This document shows, piece after piece, positions 1-9,422 of a DNA stretch of 32,000 nt. Every line of letters begins with the position of its first letter. Positions within the stretch are counted from its first letter, which is position 1. The notes beneath the pieces are model-generated. The model was not told the DNA's origin and searched no databases. It saw nothing but the letters and a program-made list of their open reading frames with translations. This DNA is from Cupriavidus necator (lineage in GTDB: Bacteria > Pseudomonadota > Gammaproteobacteria > Burkholderiales > Burkholderiaceae), in NCBI RefSeq assembly GCF_016127575.1, contig NZ_CP066018.1, positions 210,001 to 242,000 of the forward strand, in the 5' to 3' direction. A program made the translations under genes and the position numbers.

Positions 1-23
1 CCCCGGCCAGGCCGGGCTTGCAC

Positions 24-869
24 CTACCAGTCGCGCCAGACCGGCGTCACCGTCGACGGCAGCGGCGGCAGCTTGCCCAGCTCAACGCGCCCTTCGCCAG
101 GGCCGTGGAAGTCCGAGCCACGCGAGGCCAGCAGCCCGTAGTGGCGGGCCACCGCGGCATAGCGGCGGTACTGGTCGGGCGTGTGGCTGCCAGTCACGAC
201 CTCGACGGCGCCACCGCCCAGGGCGGTGAATTCATCGAACAGCGCGTCGTGCTGAGTATCGGTGTAATTGTAGCGGCCCGGGTGCGCCATCACGGCGATG
301 CCGCCGGCGGCGCGGATCCAGCCGACTGCGTCGGCCAGGCTGGCCCAGCGGTGGCCGACATAGCCGGGGCGGCCTTCCGACAGGTACTCGCTGAAGACCT
401 CGCCCACGGTGGCGCAACGGCCCTGGTCGACCAGCCAGCGCGCAAAGTGCGTGCGCGAGATCAGGTCCGGGTTGCCCACGTGCTGCAGCGCCCCTTCATA
501 GGCGCCTGTGATGCCCACTTTTGCCAGCGCCTCGGCAATATCGCGCGCGCGGCGCGCGCGGCCCGAGCGGGTATCGGTCAGGCCGTCGATCAGTTCCGGG
601 CAGTGCGGGTCGATCTGCAGGCCGACGATATGCACGGTCTGCCCGGCCCAGGTCACCGAGATCTCCACGCCCGGCACATAGCGCATGCCGAATTCCTCGG
701 CCGCGGCACGCGCCTCGGCCTGCCCGCCCAGTTCGTCGTGGTCGGTCAGGGCCCAGAACGCGACACCCGCGTCGCGGGCGATTTCCGCGATGGCGCGCGG
801 CGCCAGCGTGCCGTCGGACACGGTGGAATGGCAATGCAGGTCGGCATTGATGGCGTGGGCGTTTTGCAT
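24..869 (-). CDS. PHP-domain metal-dependent phosphoesterase (TrpH/YciV-like)
   Basis: ATG start. The N-terminal 'DLHCHSTVSDG' is the PHP His motif, with later 'LTDHD' and 'AHPGRY' motifs. Length of 281 aa is typical, and codon third positions are strongly G/C. Confidence 0.85.
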   Translation of the reverse strand: MQNAHAINADLHCHSTVSDGTLAPRAIAEIARDAGVAFWALTDHDELGGQAEARAAAEEFGMRYVPGVEISVTWAGQTVHIVGLQIDPHCPELIDGLTDTRSGRARRARDIAEALAKVGITGAYEGALQHVGNPDLISRTHFARWLVDQGRCATVGEVFSEYLSEGRPGYVGHRWASLADAVGWIRAAGGIAVMAHPGRYNYTDTQHDALFDEFTALGGGAVEVVTGSHTPDQYRRYAAVARHYGLLASRGSDFHGPGEGRVELGKLPPLPSTVTPVWRDW

Positions 870-1039
870 GGGGCCATTCTACTCCCGTCGTCCCCTCCAT
901 GCGTGACGCCGGCGCCCCCTGGAAAGCCATGCCAAAGCCCTGCCGGCAACGCTGGCGTGGGCGGAAACGGGCGATGTGCGGGGTATAGTCGGGCCTTGCA
1001 CCGTCTTTTTGCGGGCACCTGGCGTGCCCGCCATGCCCA

Positions 1040-2125
1040 ATGTCCACCGCTACCCCTCTCGCACCAACCCCCGTCACCACCACCGATGTCCTGATCGTGG
1101 GCGCCGGCCCGGTCGGGCTCTTTGCCGCGTTCCAGGCCGGCGTGCTCGGCCTCAGATGCGAGCTGATCGATGTGCTCGACCGTGCCGGCGGCCAGTGCAC
1201 CGAGCTCTATCCCGAAAAACCGATCTACGACATCCCCGCCGTGCCGGGCTGCCTGGCGCAAGACCTGGTCGACCGGTTGCTGGAGCAATGCGCGCCGTTC
1301 GCTTTCCCGATGCACTTCGGCCAGCGCGCGGAGAGCCTGTCCGAAATCCCGCGGCAGCCGGCACCTGACGGGCATGCCGCCCATGAGCGCCTGCTGGTCA
1401 CCACTGACGGCGGCAAGCGCTTCGATGTCTCTGCGGTGCTGATCTGCGCCGGCGCGGGCGCGTTTGCGCCGCAGCGTGTATCGCTGCCGGAAGCGCCGGC
1501 ACTGGAAGGCCGCCACGTGCACTACGCCGTGCGTGATGTGTCGCGCTTTGCCGGCAAGCGCGTGGTGGTGGCCGGCGGCGGCGACTCGGCGCTGGACTGG
1601 GCGCTCGCGCTGCGCAAGGTGGCCGCGCGCGTGACTCTGCTGCACCGGCGCGAAGGCTTCCGCGCGGCCGACGGCACCGTCGCGGAAATGCGCGAGGCAG
1701 TGGCGGCCGGCGAGATGGATTTCGTGGTCGGCATGCTCGGCGCCCTGCGCACCGAAGGCCAGGACGGCCCGCTGACCGAGGTCGAGGTGCGCACCCGCGA
1801 CGGCAGCACGGTGCTGCCCGCCGATGAACTGGTGGCGCTGTACGGCCTGGTGTCCGAGCCGGGCCCGATCGCGCAGTGGGACATGGACATGCGCGCCGGC
1901 CGCATCCTGGTCGACACCACCACTTATGAAAGCTCGCGCCGCGGCATCTTTGCCGCGGGCGATATCGCCTACTACACCAACAAGCAGAAGCTGATCCTGT
2001 CAGGCTTCCACGAGGCCGCGCTGGCGTTGCGCCGCGCCTACCACTACGCCTTCCCGGAAAAGGCGCTGGTGCACGTGCACACCAGCAACAATGCCGCGCT
2101 GAAGGAAAAGCTGACGCACGCCTGA
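1040..2125 (+). CDS. Ferredoxin-NADP(+) reductase, thioredoxin-reductase-like type
   Basis: Has the FAD GxGxxG motif 'VGAGPVGL' and a second nucleotide motif 'VAGGGDSALDWA'. 'GGQCTELYPEKPIYDIP' is characteristic of TrxR-like FNRs. Length is 361 aa. Confidence 0.85.
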   Translation: MSTATPLAPTPVTTTDVLIVGAGPVGLFAAFQAGVLGLRCELIDVLDRAGGQCTELYPEKPIYDIPAVPGCLAQDLVDRLLEQCAPFAFPMHFGQRAESLSEIPRQPAPDGHAAHERLLVTTDGGKRFDVSAVLICAGAGAFAPQRVSLPEAPALEGRHVHYAVRDVSRFAGKRVVVAGGGDSALDWALALRKVAARVTLLHRREGFRAADGTVAEMREAVAAGEMDFVVGMLGALRTEGQDGPLTEVEVRTRDGSTVLPADELVALYGLVSEPGPIAQWDMDMRAGRILVDTTTYESSRRGIFAAGDIAYYTNKQKLILSGFHEAALALRRAYHYAFPEKALVHVHTSNNAALKEKLTHA

Positions 2126-2141
2126 GCGGCGGCGCCAGCGC

Positions 2142-3041
2142 TCACACCGCGCTACAGAACGATTCCACCAGCTCCGCCACCGCCGCGGGCTGGTCGTGAT
2201 GCAGCATGTGGCCGGCATCATCGACCACGGCTTCACGGAAGTCGCGGAAGGCGCGGAAGCGCTCCTTGAATTCGTCGATGGCCTGCTTGTGGGCGATATT
2301 GCGCAGCGTTTCAGAATCGCGCGCTTCCACATGCAGCACTGGCGCGCTGACCTGCTCCCAGATCGCCATCACCTCATCGAGCCGGTACAGCATCGGGTTG
2401 ACCAGCTTGTGCGCCGGATCTCCCAGGATCTCCCAGCGGCCCTCCGCATTGCAGCGCGACCAGTGCGCGGCCAGGAAGGCGGCACGGTCGTCGGGCAAGC
2501 GCGGGTTGGTCTTCTGCAGCCGGGCGGCAACGCCGTCCACGCTGTCATACGTCTTCAGCGCCGAGCCGGTGCGCAGTTCGTCGAGCCAGCGCGCATAGCG
2601 CTTCGGCGCATGCAAGGGCCGCGTCGCCGTCATACCGAAGCCCTCCAGGTCCACCACGCGGCGCACGCGCTGCGGGCGGATGCCGGCATACAGGCAGATC
2701 ACGTTGGCGCCCATGCTGTGGCCGACCAGGTCGACCTGGCCGTCGGGCTCATAGTGGTCGAGCAAGGCCTCCAGGTCGGCGATATAGTCGGCGAACCAGT
2801 ACGACTGCGTGCCCGGGTAGCGCGTGGGCCAGTCGCTCTCGCCAAACCCGCGCCAGTCCGGCGCAATCACATGCCAGTCGCCGCGCAGGTGGTCGACCAA
2901 GAACTGGAACGACGCGGACACGTCCATCCAGCCATGCAGCATGAACAGCTTGCGCGCGCCGGGCTGGCCCCAGTGGCGCACGTGGTAGCGCAGTCCGCGC
3001 AACGTGATAAATTCAGACCGCGAGGTTTCCTTGATTGTCAT
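2142..3041 (-). CDS. Alpha/beta-fold hydrolase
   Basis: Nucleophile elbow 'GHSMGA', with 'LHGWMD' near the N-terminus. I re-set the start to the ATG at 3041 (MTIKETS...), which has GGAGAC 3-8 nt upstream. The track ORF extends to 3113. Confidence 0.8.
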   Translation of the reverse strand: MTIKETSRSEFITLRGLRYHVRHWGQPGARKLFMLHGWMDVSASFQFLVDHLRGDWHVIAPDWRGFGESDWPTRYPGTQSYWFADYIADLEALLDHYEPDGQVDLVGHSMGANVICLYAGIRPQRVRRVVDLEGFGMTATRPLHAPKRYARWLDELRTGSALKTYDSVDGVAARLQKTNPRLPDDRAAFLAAHWSRCNAEGRWEILGDPAHKLVNPMLYRLDEVMAIWEQVSAPVLHVEARDSETLRNIAHKQAIDEFKERFRAFRDFREAVVDDAGHMLHHDQPAAVAELVESFCSAV

Positions 3042-3210
3042 TGTCTCCACCCTTGCGCGCGGGTCTTCCTGCCGCCGGGCGCGGCGCCACGGGGGCTGGC
3101 GAGGGAAGCCCACGCAAAATAGAACGATCGTTCGCTTGCGCGCATTATAGCGGCCGCCGCCATTCCGGGGGCCCCGTGGCCGCGCGAGCCGGACCTACCG
3201 GAGACCTTGG

Positions 3211-4941
3211 ATGGCCGCAGCTGCGTTGCCGGCAAGCCGGCGCGACGACTATCGCGCCCTGTATGAATCCTTCCGCTGGGAAATCCCCCCGCATTTCAAT
3301 ATCGCCGAGGCCTGCTGCGGGCGCTGGGCGCGCGACCCGGCCACGATGGACCGCATCGCGGTCTATACCGAGCATGAGGACGGCCGCCGCAACGCGCATA
3401 CCTTTGCCCATATCCAGGCCGAAGCCAACCGCCTGTCGGCGGCGCTGCGCGCACTGGGCGTGGCGCGCGGCGACCGCGTGGCAATCGTGATGCCGCAGCG
3501 GATCGAGACCGTGATCGCGCATATGGCGATCTACCAGCTCGGCGCCATCGCCATGCCGCTGTCGATGCTGTTCGGGCCCGAGGCGCTGGCCTACCGTATC
3601 GCACACAGCGAAGCCAATGTGGCGATCGCGGACGAGACTTCCATCGACAATGTGCTGGCCGCGCGCCCGGAATGCCCGACGCTGGCCACCGTGATTGCCG
3701 CCGGCGGCGCGCATGGCCGCGGCGACCACGACTGGGACGTGCTGCTGGCCGCGCAGCTGCCGACTTTTGTCGCCGAGCAGACCAAGGCCGACGAGGCCGC
3801 GGTGCTGATCTACACCAGCGGCACCACCGGCCCGCCCAAGGGCGCGCTGATCCCGCACCGCGCGCTGATCGGCAACCTGACCGGCTTTGTCTGCTCGCAG
3901 AACTGGTATCCGCAGGACGACGACGTGTTCTGGAGCCCGGCCGACTGGGCCTGGACCGGCGGCCTGTGGGATGCGCTGATGCCGGCGCTGTATTTCGGCA
4001 AGCCCATCGTCGGCTACCAGGGCCGCTTCTCCGCCGAGCGCGCCTTCGAGCTGCTGGAGCGCTACGCCGTCACCAACACCTTCCTGTTCCCGACCGCGCT
4101 CAAGCAGATGATGAAGGCCTGCCCCGAGCCGCGGCAGCGCTACGACATCAGGCTGCGTGCGCTGATGAGCGCCGGCGAGGCCGTGGGCGAGACCGTGTTC
4201 GGCTGGTGCCGCGATGCGCTGGGCGTGATCGTCAACGAGATGTTCGGCCAGACCGAGATCAACTACATCGTCGGCAACTGCACCGCGCAGAACGACGACA
4301 AGCAGCTGGGCTGGCCGGCACGACCGGGCTCGATGGGGCGTCCCTATCCGGGCCACCGCGTGCAGGTGATCGACGACGAAGGCCAGCCCTGCGCGCCGGG
4401 CGAGGACGGCGAGGTCGCGGTATGCGCCACCGACAGCGCCGGGCATCCGGACCCGGTGTTCTTCCTCGGCTACTGGAAGAACGAAGCCGCCACCGCGGGC
4501 AAGTACGCCGAGCGCGACGGCCTGCGCTGGTGCCGCACCGGCGACCTGGCGCGCGTCGATGCCGATGGCTACCTGTGGTACCAGGGGCGTGCCGACGATG
4601 TGTTCAAGTCCTCGGGCTACCGCATCGGGCCGAGCGAGATCGAGAACTGCCTGCTCAAGCATCCGGCGGTGTCCAACTGCGCCGTGGTGCCCTCGCCCGA
4701 CCCCGAGCGCGGCGCCGTGGTCAAGGCCTTCGTGGTGCTGACACCGTCGGTGGCGCGCTCGTTCGACGGCGACGCGGCGCTGGTCACGGAGCTGCAGGCG
4801 CATGTGCGCGGCCAGCTGGCGCCGTATGAATACCCGAAGGCGATCGAATTCATCGACCAGCTGCCGATGACCACCACCGGCAAGATCCAGCGGCGCGTGC
4901 TGCGCTTGCTGGAGGAAGCGCGCGCGGGCAAGCGCGCCTAG
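3211..4941 (+). CDS. AMP-dependent acyl-CoA synthetase/ligase (ANL superfamily)
   Basis: AMP-binding signature 'IYTSGTTGPPKGA', 'TGDLA' and a C-terminal 'GKIQRR'. GGAGA lies 7 nt upstream of the ATG. Confidence 0.85.
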   Translation: MAAAALPASRRDDYRALYESFRWEIPPHFNIAEACCGRWARDPATMDRIAVYTEHEDGRRNAHTFAHIQAEANRLSAALRALGVARGDRVAIVMPQRIETVIAHMAIYQLGAIAMPLSMLFGPEALAYRIAHSEANVAIADETSIDNVLAARPECPTLATVIAAGGAHGRGDHDWDVLLAAQLPTFVAEQTKADEAAVLIYTSGTTGPPKGALIPHRALIGNLTGFVCSQNWYPQDDDVFWSPADWAWTGGLWDALMPALYFGKPIVGYQGRFSAERAFELLERYAVTNTFLFPTALKQMMKACPEPRQRYDIRLRALMSAGEAVGETVFGWCRDALGVIVNEMFGQTEINYIVGNCTAQNDDKQLGWPARPGSMGRPYPGHRVQVIDDEGQPCAPGEDGEVAVCATDSAGHPDPVFFLGYWKNEAATAGKYAERDGLRWCRTGDLARVDADGYLWYQGRADDVFKSSGYRIGPSEIENCLLKHPAVSNCAVVPSPDPERGAVVKAFVVLTPSVARSFDGDAALVTELQAHVRGQLAPYEYPKAIEFIDQLPMTTTGKIQRRVLRLLEEARAGKRA

Positions 4942-5825
4942 GCAGGAAAGACCCGCTCGCAGAGGAAATCGACCAGCGCCCTCACCTTGGGCGAGGGATG
5001 CCTGCTCGCCGGCCAGAGCACGTGAAAGGCCTTGGCTGGCCCCACATGGCCAGCCAGTACCTGGCACAGGCTGCCATCGGCGAGCTGCTCGCGGATGGCG
5101 AAATCCGGCAGGCAGGCAATGCCCAGGCCGCGCAGCGCAAAACACAGGCGCGTCTCGATGTTGTTGCAGATCATCGATGTCGGCAGCGCCAGCTCGGGCT
5201 CGCCCGGCGCGCGCCGCAGCGGCCAGGCCTCGAGCTTGCCGGTATGCGGGAAACGGTAATGCAGGCAGGCATGGCCGGTCAGGTCGGCAGGCAGCTTCGG
5301 CGTGCCACGCTGCGCGAGGTAGTCGGGCGATGCCACCAGCATCGCCTGGAACGCACCCAGCCTGCGTGCCGACAGGCGCGAGTCGGCGGGCTCGCCGGTG
5401 CGGACCACCGCATCGAAGCCCTCCTCGATGACATCGACCAGCTGGTCGGTGAAATCCAGGTCCAGCTCGATGTCCGGATACGCGCGCATGAAGTCGCCCA
5501 GCACGGGCAAGACCAGTGAACTGACCAGCGGCAGGCTCACCCGCAGGCGGCCGCGCGGTGCCGCGGTGGCTTCGGCCAGCTCCAGCTCCGCCGCTTCGAT
5601 CTCGGCGAGCACGCGGCGGCTGCGCTCCAGGAACAGCGTGCCTTCGGCGGTCAGCGTCACGCTGCGCGTGCTGCGGTGGAACAGCCGTACGCCGAGCCTT
5701 TCTTCCAGCCGCGCCACGCTCTTGCCGACGGCGGAGGCCGACACCCCAAGCAAGCGCCCCGCCGCGACAAAACTGCGGGTCTCGGCCACCTGCACAAACA
5801 CTGCGAAGCCACTGAGGCTGTCCAT
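4938..5825 (-). CDS. LysR-family transcriptional regulator
   Basis: N-terminal wHTH 'FAVFVQVAETRSFVAAGRLLGVSASAVGKSVARLEERLGVRLFHRSTR' plus an LTTR substrate-binding domain. The start is probably the ATG at 5825 (MDSLSG...). The track uses a GTG at 5846. Confidence 0.85.
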   Translation of the reverse strand: MDSLSGFAVFVQVAETRSFVAAGRLLGVSASAVGKSVARLEERLGVRLFHRSTRSVTLTAEGTLFLERSRRVLAEIEAAELELAEATAAPRGRLRVSLPLVSSLVLPVLGDFMRAYPDIELDLDFTDQLVDVIEEGFDAVVRTGEPADSRLSARRLGAFQAMLVASPDYLAQRGTPKLPADLTGHACLHYRFPHTGKLEAWPLRRAPGEPELALPTSMICNNIETRLCFALRGLGIACLPDFAIREQLADGSLCQVLAGHVGPAKAFHVLWPASRHPSPKVRALVDFLCERVFPA

Positions 5826-5850
5826 GATGCCCCCGATTGCGGACACAAAG

Positions 5851-5885
5851 TTCCGGAGAAAAAGGAACTGTAGCCCACTTTTTCT
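5851..5885. promoter_or_regulatory. Candidate LTTR operator region (inverted repeats in the divergent lysR / serine-hydrolase promoter)
   Basis: TTCC-N9-GGAA at 5851-5867. AGAAAAAG (5857-5864) and its reverse complement CTTTTTCT (5878-5885) are separated by 13 nt. The site is AT-rich and lies between divergent genes. Confidence 0.3.
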
Positions 5886-5938
5886 TTAATGGCCGGGTCC
5901 TTATCGTGAGCGGGTCGTTCATTGAACAAGGATTCGCT

Positions 5939-7141
5939 GTGTCCCTCCCCACGATTGCACCGCCCCCGGGCGTGTCCCCTGCATTCCCCGCGCCCGTGAG
6001 TGCGCGCATCGACGCCGTGGTCCGGCAGGCGCTGGAGCAACGGCGACTGGTCGGCGCCGTCGTGCTGGTCAGCCGTGACGGCGAACTGGTCCACCGGCAG
6101 GCGGCAGGCCTGGCCGATCGGGAAAGCGGACAGCCGATGCGCATGGATGCGGTCTTCCGGCTGGCTTCGGTAAGCAAGCCGATCGTCTCCGTGGCGGCAC
6201 TGGCGCTGGTCGCACAAGGCCGGCTCGAGCTTGACCAGGGTATCGACCGCTGGCTGCCTGAATTCCGCCCGCGCCTGGCCGATGGCCGACCGGCACGTAT
6301 CACGGCGCGGCAACTGCTCAGCCATACCGCGGGGCTGGGCTATCGCTTCTTCGAGTCCGGCGAAGACGGACCCTATGCCCGCGCCGGCGTCTCCGACGGC
6401 ATGGACGACGCCACCATCAGCCTGGCGGAGAACCTGCGGCGCATCGCCAGCGTGCCCTTGCTGTACGAACCGGGTACCGCGTGGGGCTACTCGCTCGCGA
6501 CCGACGTGCTGGGCGCGCTGATCGAGCGCGTCCATGGCACGCCGCTGGACACCGCAGTGCGGCAGCTGGTGACCGGCCCGCTGGGCATGGCCGACACCGG
6601 CTTCGTGGCACACGACGTGCACCGCGTGCCGACCCCGTACGTGAACGACAGCCCGCACCCGCACCGCCTGCGCGAAGGCGAAACCGTGCCCGTGCTCGAA
6701 GGCACGGTTGGCATTCCCTACAGTCCCGCACGCATCTTCAATGCGCGGGCCTTCCCCTCCGGCGGGGCGGGCATGGCGGGCACGGCGCAAGACTTCCTGT
6801 GCCTGCTGGAGAGCTTGCGCCAGGGCGGCGGCGCGTTGCTGCCATCCGCCCTGGTCGAGGACATGGCGCTCGACCAGACCGGCGGCCTGGACCTGCCCGA
6901 TGCGCCGGGAACCGGCTTCGGGCTGGGCTTCTCGGTGCTGCGCGATCCGCGCCGGGCGGGCTCGCCGGAAGCCGCCGGCACCTGGCGCTGGGGCGGGGCC
7001 TACGGCCACGCCTGGTTCGTCGACCGCAGCCAGGGGCTGAGCGTGGTGGCGTTCACCAACACGCTGTACGAGGGCATGTCCGGCCGCTTTGTCACCGACC
7101 TGCGCGACGCGGTCTACGGTGTCGCCCCCACAGCCGCGTAA
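5939..7141 (+). CDS. Serine hydrolase, beta-lactamase (class C/esterase EstB-like) family
   Basis: SxxK motif 'SVSK' in 'FRLASVSKPIVS', and 'LLSHTAGL'. I favour the GTG at 5939, which has AAGGA 6-7 nt upstream. The track start at 5837 would overlap the divergent lysR start. Confidence 0.8.
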   Translation: MSLPTIAPPPGVSPAFPAPVSARIDAVVRQALEQRRLVGAVVLVSRDGELVHRQAAGLADRESGQPMRMDAVFRLASVSKPIVSVAALALVAQGRLELDQGIDRWLPEFRPRLADGRPARITARQLLSHTAGLGYRFFESGEDGPYARAGVSDGMDDATISLAENLRRIASVPLLYEPGTAWGYSLATDVLGALIERVHGTPLDTAVRQLVTGPLGMADTGFVAHDVHRVPTPYVNDSPHPHRLREGETVPVLEGTVGIPYSPARIFNARAFPSGGAGMAGTAQDFLCLLESLRQGGGALLPSALVEDMALDQTGGLDLPDAPGTGFGLGFSVLRDPRRAGSPEAAGTWRWGGAYGHAWFVDRSQGLSVVAFTNTLYEGMSGRFVTDLRDAVYGVAPTAA

Positions 7142-7180
7142 CCATCCAAGCAACACATCAGTCCTTATCCAGGCGCCAAC

Positions 7181-8386
7181 ATGACCACAGCCACCAACAC
7201 GCTTGCGAACGATGCACAGCCGGACACGCGGCCTGCGCGGCTACCGCTTCCGGCACTGCTTGCGCTTGCTGTCGCAGGCTTCATCACCGTCCTGACCGAG
7301 GCCTTGCCGGCGGGGCTGCTGCCGCAGATCGGCGCGGGCCTTGCCATCTCCGAGCCGCTTGCCGGCCAGTTCGTCACCATCTACGCCTTCGGTTCACTGG
7401 TGGCCGCCATGCCGCTGACGGCGGCTACGCAAGGGCTGCGGCGGCGGCCGCTGCTGCTGCTTGCCATCGCGGGCTTTGCCGTCGCCAACGCCGTGACGGG
7501 CTGGTCCGGCAGCTATGTCCTGACGATGGCGGCGCGCTTCCTTGCGGGGGTCTCGGCCGGACTGCTGTGGGCGCTGCTGGCTGGCTATGCCGCGCGCATG
7601 GTTCCCGATCACCTCAAGGGTCGTGCCATTGCTGTCGCGATGGTTGGCATCCCCCTGGCCTTGTCGCTGGGCGTGCCATCCGGGACCTTCCTCGGTGCGT
7701 TCATGGGCTGGCGCGCGTGCTTCGGCATCATCAGCGTGCTGACGCTGGGACTGATTGCCTGGGTGCTGGCGAGCGTGCCGGATTTTGCCGGCCAGCCCGC
7801 CGGCCAGCGGCTGCCGATCGCGCGCGTGTTCACCGTGCCGGGCGTGCGTCCGGTGCTGTTCGTGACGCTCGCCTTCGTGCTGGCGCACAACATCCTCTAC
7901 ACCTATATCGCGCCGTTCCTGCGAGCCGGCAACGCCGGGGCACGGCTTGACCTGGTCCTGTTCGTGTTCGGCGTGGCCTCGCTCGCCGGCATCTGGATCA
8001 CCGGCGTGCTGATCGACCAGTGGCTGCGGGCGCTGACGCTGGCCAGCACGCTGCTGTTCGGGCTTGCGGTGCTGGCGCTTGGGGCCGGGGGCGGGCACCC
8101 GGCCGTGGTCTATGCCGCGGCCGCGATCTGGGGCCTGGGCTTCGGCGGCGTCTCAACGCTGTTCCAGACGGCGCTGGCGAAGACCGCCGGCAAATCCGCG
8201 GACGTGGCCCAGTCGATGCTGGTCACGGCCTGGAATATTGCCATCGCCGGCGGCGGCGTCATCGGCGGGCTGCTGCTCGATGGCGTCGGCATCGGCGCAT
8301 TCCCGCCCGTGCTGGCTGCCCTGCTCGCCGCAACCTGGCTGGTGGTCTGGTCGGCGCGCAGGCATGGCTTTCCCGCGCGCGGCTGA
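7181..8386 (+). CDS. MFS transporter (DHA1/sugar-efflux-like, 12 TM)
   Basis: 401 aa and hydrophobic throughout with repeated TM segments. 'RRRPLLL' is an MFS loop 2-3 motif. It lies 39 nt downstream of the hydrolase gene on the same strand. Confidence 0.8.
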   Translation: MTTATNTLANDAQPDTRPARLPLPALLALAVAGFITVLTEALPAGLLPQIGAGLAISEPLAGQFVTIYAFGSLVAAMPLTAATQGLRRRPLLLLAIAGFAVANAVTGWSGSYVLTMAARFLAGVSAGLLWALLAGYAARMVPDHLKGRAIAVAMVGIPLALSLGVPSGTFLGAFMGWRACFGIISVLTLGLIAWVLASVPDFAGQPAGQRLPIARVFTVPGVRPVLFVTLAFVLAHNILYTYIAPFLRAGNAGARLDLVLFVFGVASLAGIWITGVLIDQWLRALTLASTLLFGLAVLALGAGGGHPAVVYAAAAIWGLGFGGVSTLFQTALAKTAGKSADVAQSMLVTAWNIAIAGGGVIGGLLLDGVGIGAFPPVLAALLAATWLVVWSARRHGFPARG

Positions 8387-8403
8387 GGTGCGGGACGGCA
8401 AGC

Positions 8404-9258
8404 CTAACCGGCCGATGCCTCCAGCCAGGCCAGTTCGTCTTCATCGAAGCCCGCAGCGCGCCGCGCCTCAAGATTGAATGGCCCGCGCAGCTTCGGCGCG
8501 CGGTACTGCCCGGCCAGCTGCGCGTAGGTGGCAACGGGCTCCAGGCCGCGCTGCGCGCACAGCCAGCGGTACCAGTGGTTGCCGATGGCGACGTGGCCGA
8601 CCTCGTCGCGCAGGATGATGTCGATGATGGCCGCGGCGGCGTGGTCGCCTGCGCCGGCCAGCCTGGCGCGCACCGGCGGCGACGCATCGAGCCCGCGCGC
8701 CTCCAGCGTGCGCGGCACCAGCGCCATGCGCGCAAGCACGTCGCCGGCGGTCTTGTCGGTCATCTCCCACAGGCTGTTGTGGGCAGGGAAGTCGCCGTAG
8801 GCCGCGCCCAGCGTGCCAAGGTGGTCGGCCAGCAGCGAGAAGTGGTACGCCTCTTCATCGGCCACGCGCAGCCAGTCGCGGTAGTAGCCGGGCGGCATGC
8901 CGGCGAAGCGCCAGGCCGCGTCCAGTGCCAGGTTGATGGCATTGAACTCGATATGGCACAGCGCATGGATCATCGCCGCGCGCCCGGCCGGGGTATGCAG
9001 CGAGCGGCGCCGCTCGACGTCCTGCGGCGCCACCAGCGGCGGCCGCGCGGGGCGGCCGGGGATGGCCTGGCCGGCATCGGCCTGGATCGCCTCGCCGGCG
9101 GCAAGCGCCTCGTCCGGCAATGTCGTCACATGGCGGTAAAGTGCCCGCGCCGCCACGGACTTTTCCCGAGGATCCGTCATGCACAACACCGCCAGCGCCT
9201 GGTGGCGCGGCGAAAGTGACTGTTCGGGCAAGGCGGCGGCGGGTGTTTTTTCTGGCAT
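8404..9258 (-). CDS. DUF455 ferritin-like (MiaE-like di-iron) family protein
   Basis: Carboxylate/His pairs 'HIEFNAINLALD', 'DEEAYHF' and 'DEVGHVAIG' are typical of DUF455. The start is uncertain. ATGs at 9258 (MPEKTP) and 9285 are both plausible, and the track's TTG at 9399 is unlikely. Confidence 0.7.
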   Translation of the reverse strand: MPEKTPAAALPEQSLSPRHQALAVLCMTDPREKSVAARALYRHVTTLPDEALAAGEAIQADAGQAIPGRPARPPLVAPQDVERRRSLHTPAGRAAMIHALCHIEFNAINLALDAAWRFAGMPPGYYRDWLRVADEEAYHFSLLADHLGTLGAAYGDFPAHNSLWEMTDKTAGDVLARMALVPRTLEARGLDASPPVRARLAGAGDHAAAAIIDIILRDEVGHVAIGNHWYRWLCAQRGLEPVATYAQLAGQYRAPKLRGPFNLEARRAAGFDEDELAWLEASAG

Positions 9259-9422
9259 GAGCGTAAAATCCGGGTCTGCCGCCATTGTAGGGCCTGGCCG
9301 GTGCCCGACTGCCGGGCAAGCCGCGCAGTCGCCGTGGCGCCGCGCGCCCGCACTCCACCCTGGCCCTTTAAAGTCCGGCGGCAACCCCCACTTCAACAAA
9401 AGCCTTTCGTGCAGGAGACCCC

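Noticed and set aside
1011-1031. 8-bp hairpin GCGGGCAC/GTGCCCGC preceded by TTTTT just upstream of the ferredoxin-NADP reductase start, considered as a terminator
   Set aside because: The T-run is on the wrong side for a terminator of either strand's transcripts. It is more likely a 5'-UTR structure or chance GC complementarity, with too little evidence to call.
4938-4941. Convergent gene pairs with overlapping or nearly touching stops: acyl-CoA synthetase and LysR share CCTAGG, and the hexR and comEC stops are only 2 nt apart at 25760-25767
   Set aside because: Tight convergent packing is common in compact GC-rich genomes. I see no specific signal beyond the absence of room for terminators. 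It may allow antisense read-through, but that alone is not evidence of a feature.
3145-6303. 1052-aa minus-strand ORF, the longest in the track, spanning the acyl-CoA synthetase, LysR and serine-hydrolase loci
   Set aside because: It is antisense or out of frame relative to three genes with clear family signatures. Its translation is Arg/Ala/Gly/Pro-rich low-complexity sequence with no recognisable motif. This is the classic stop-codon-poor artefact of roughly two-thirds G+C DNA.
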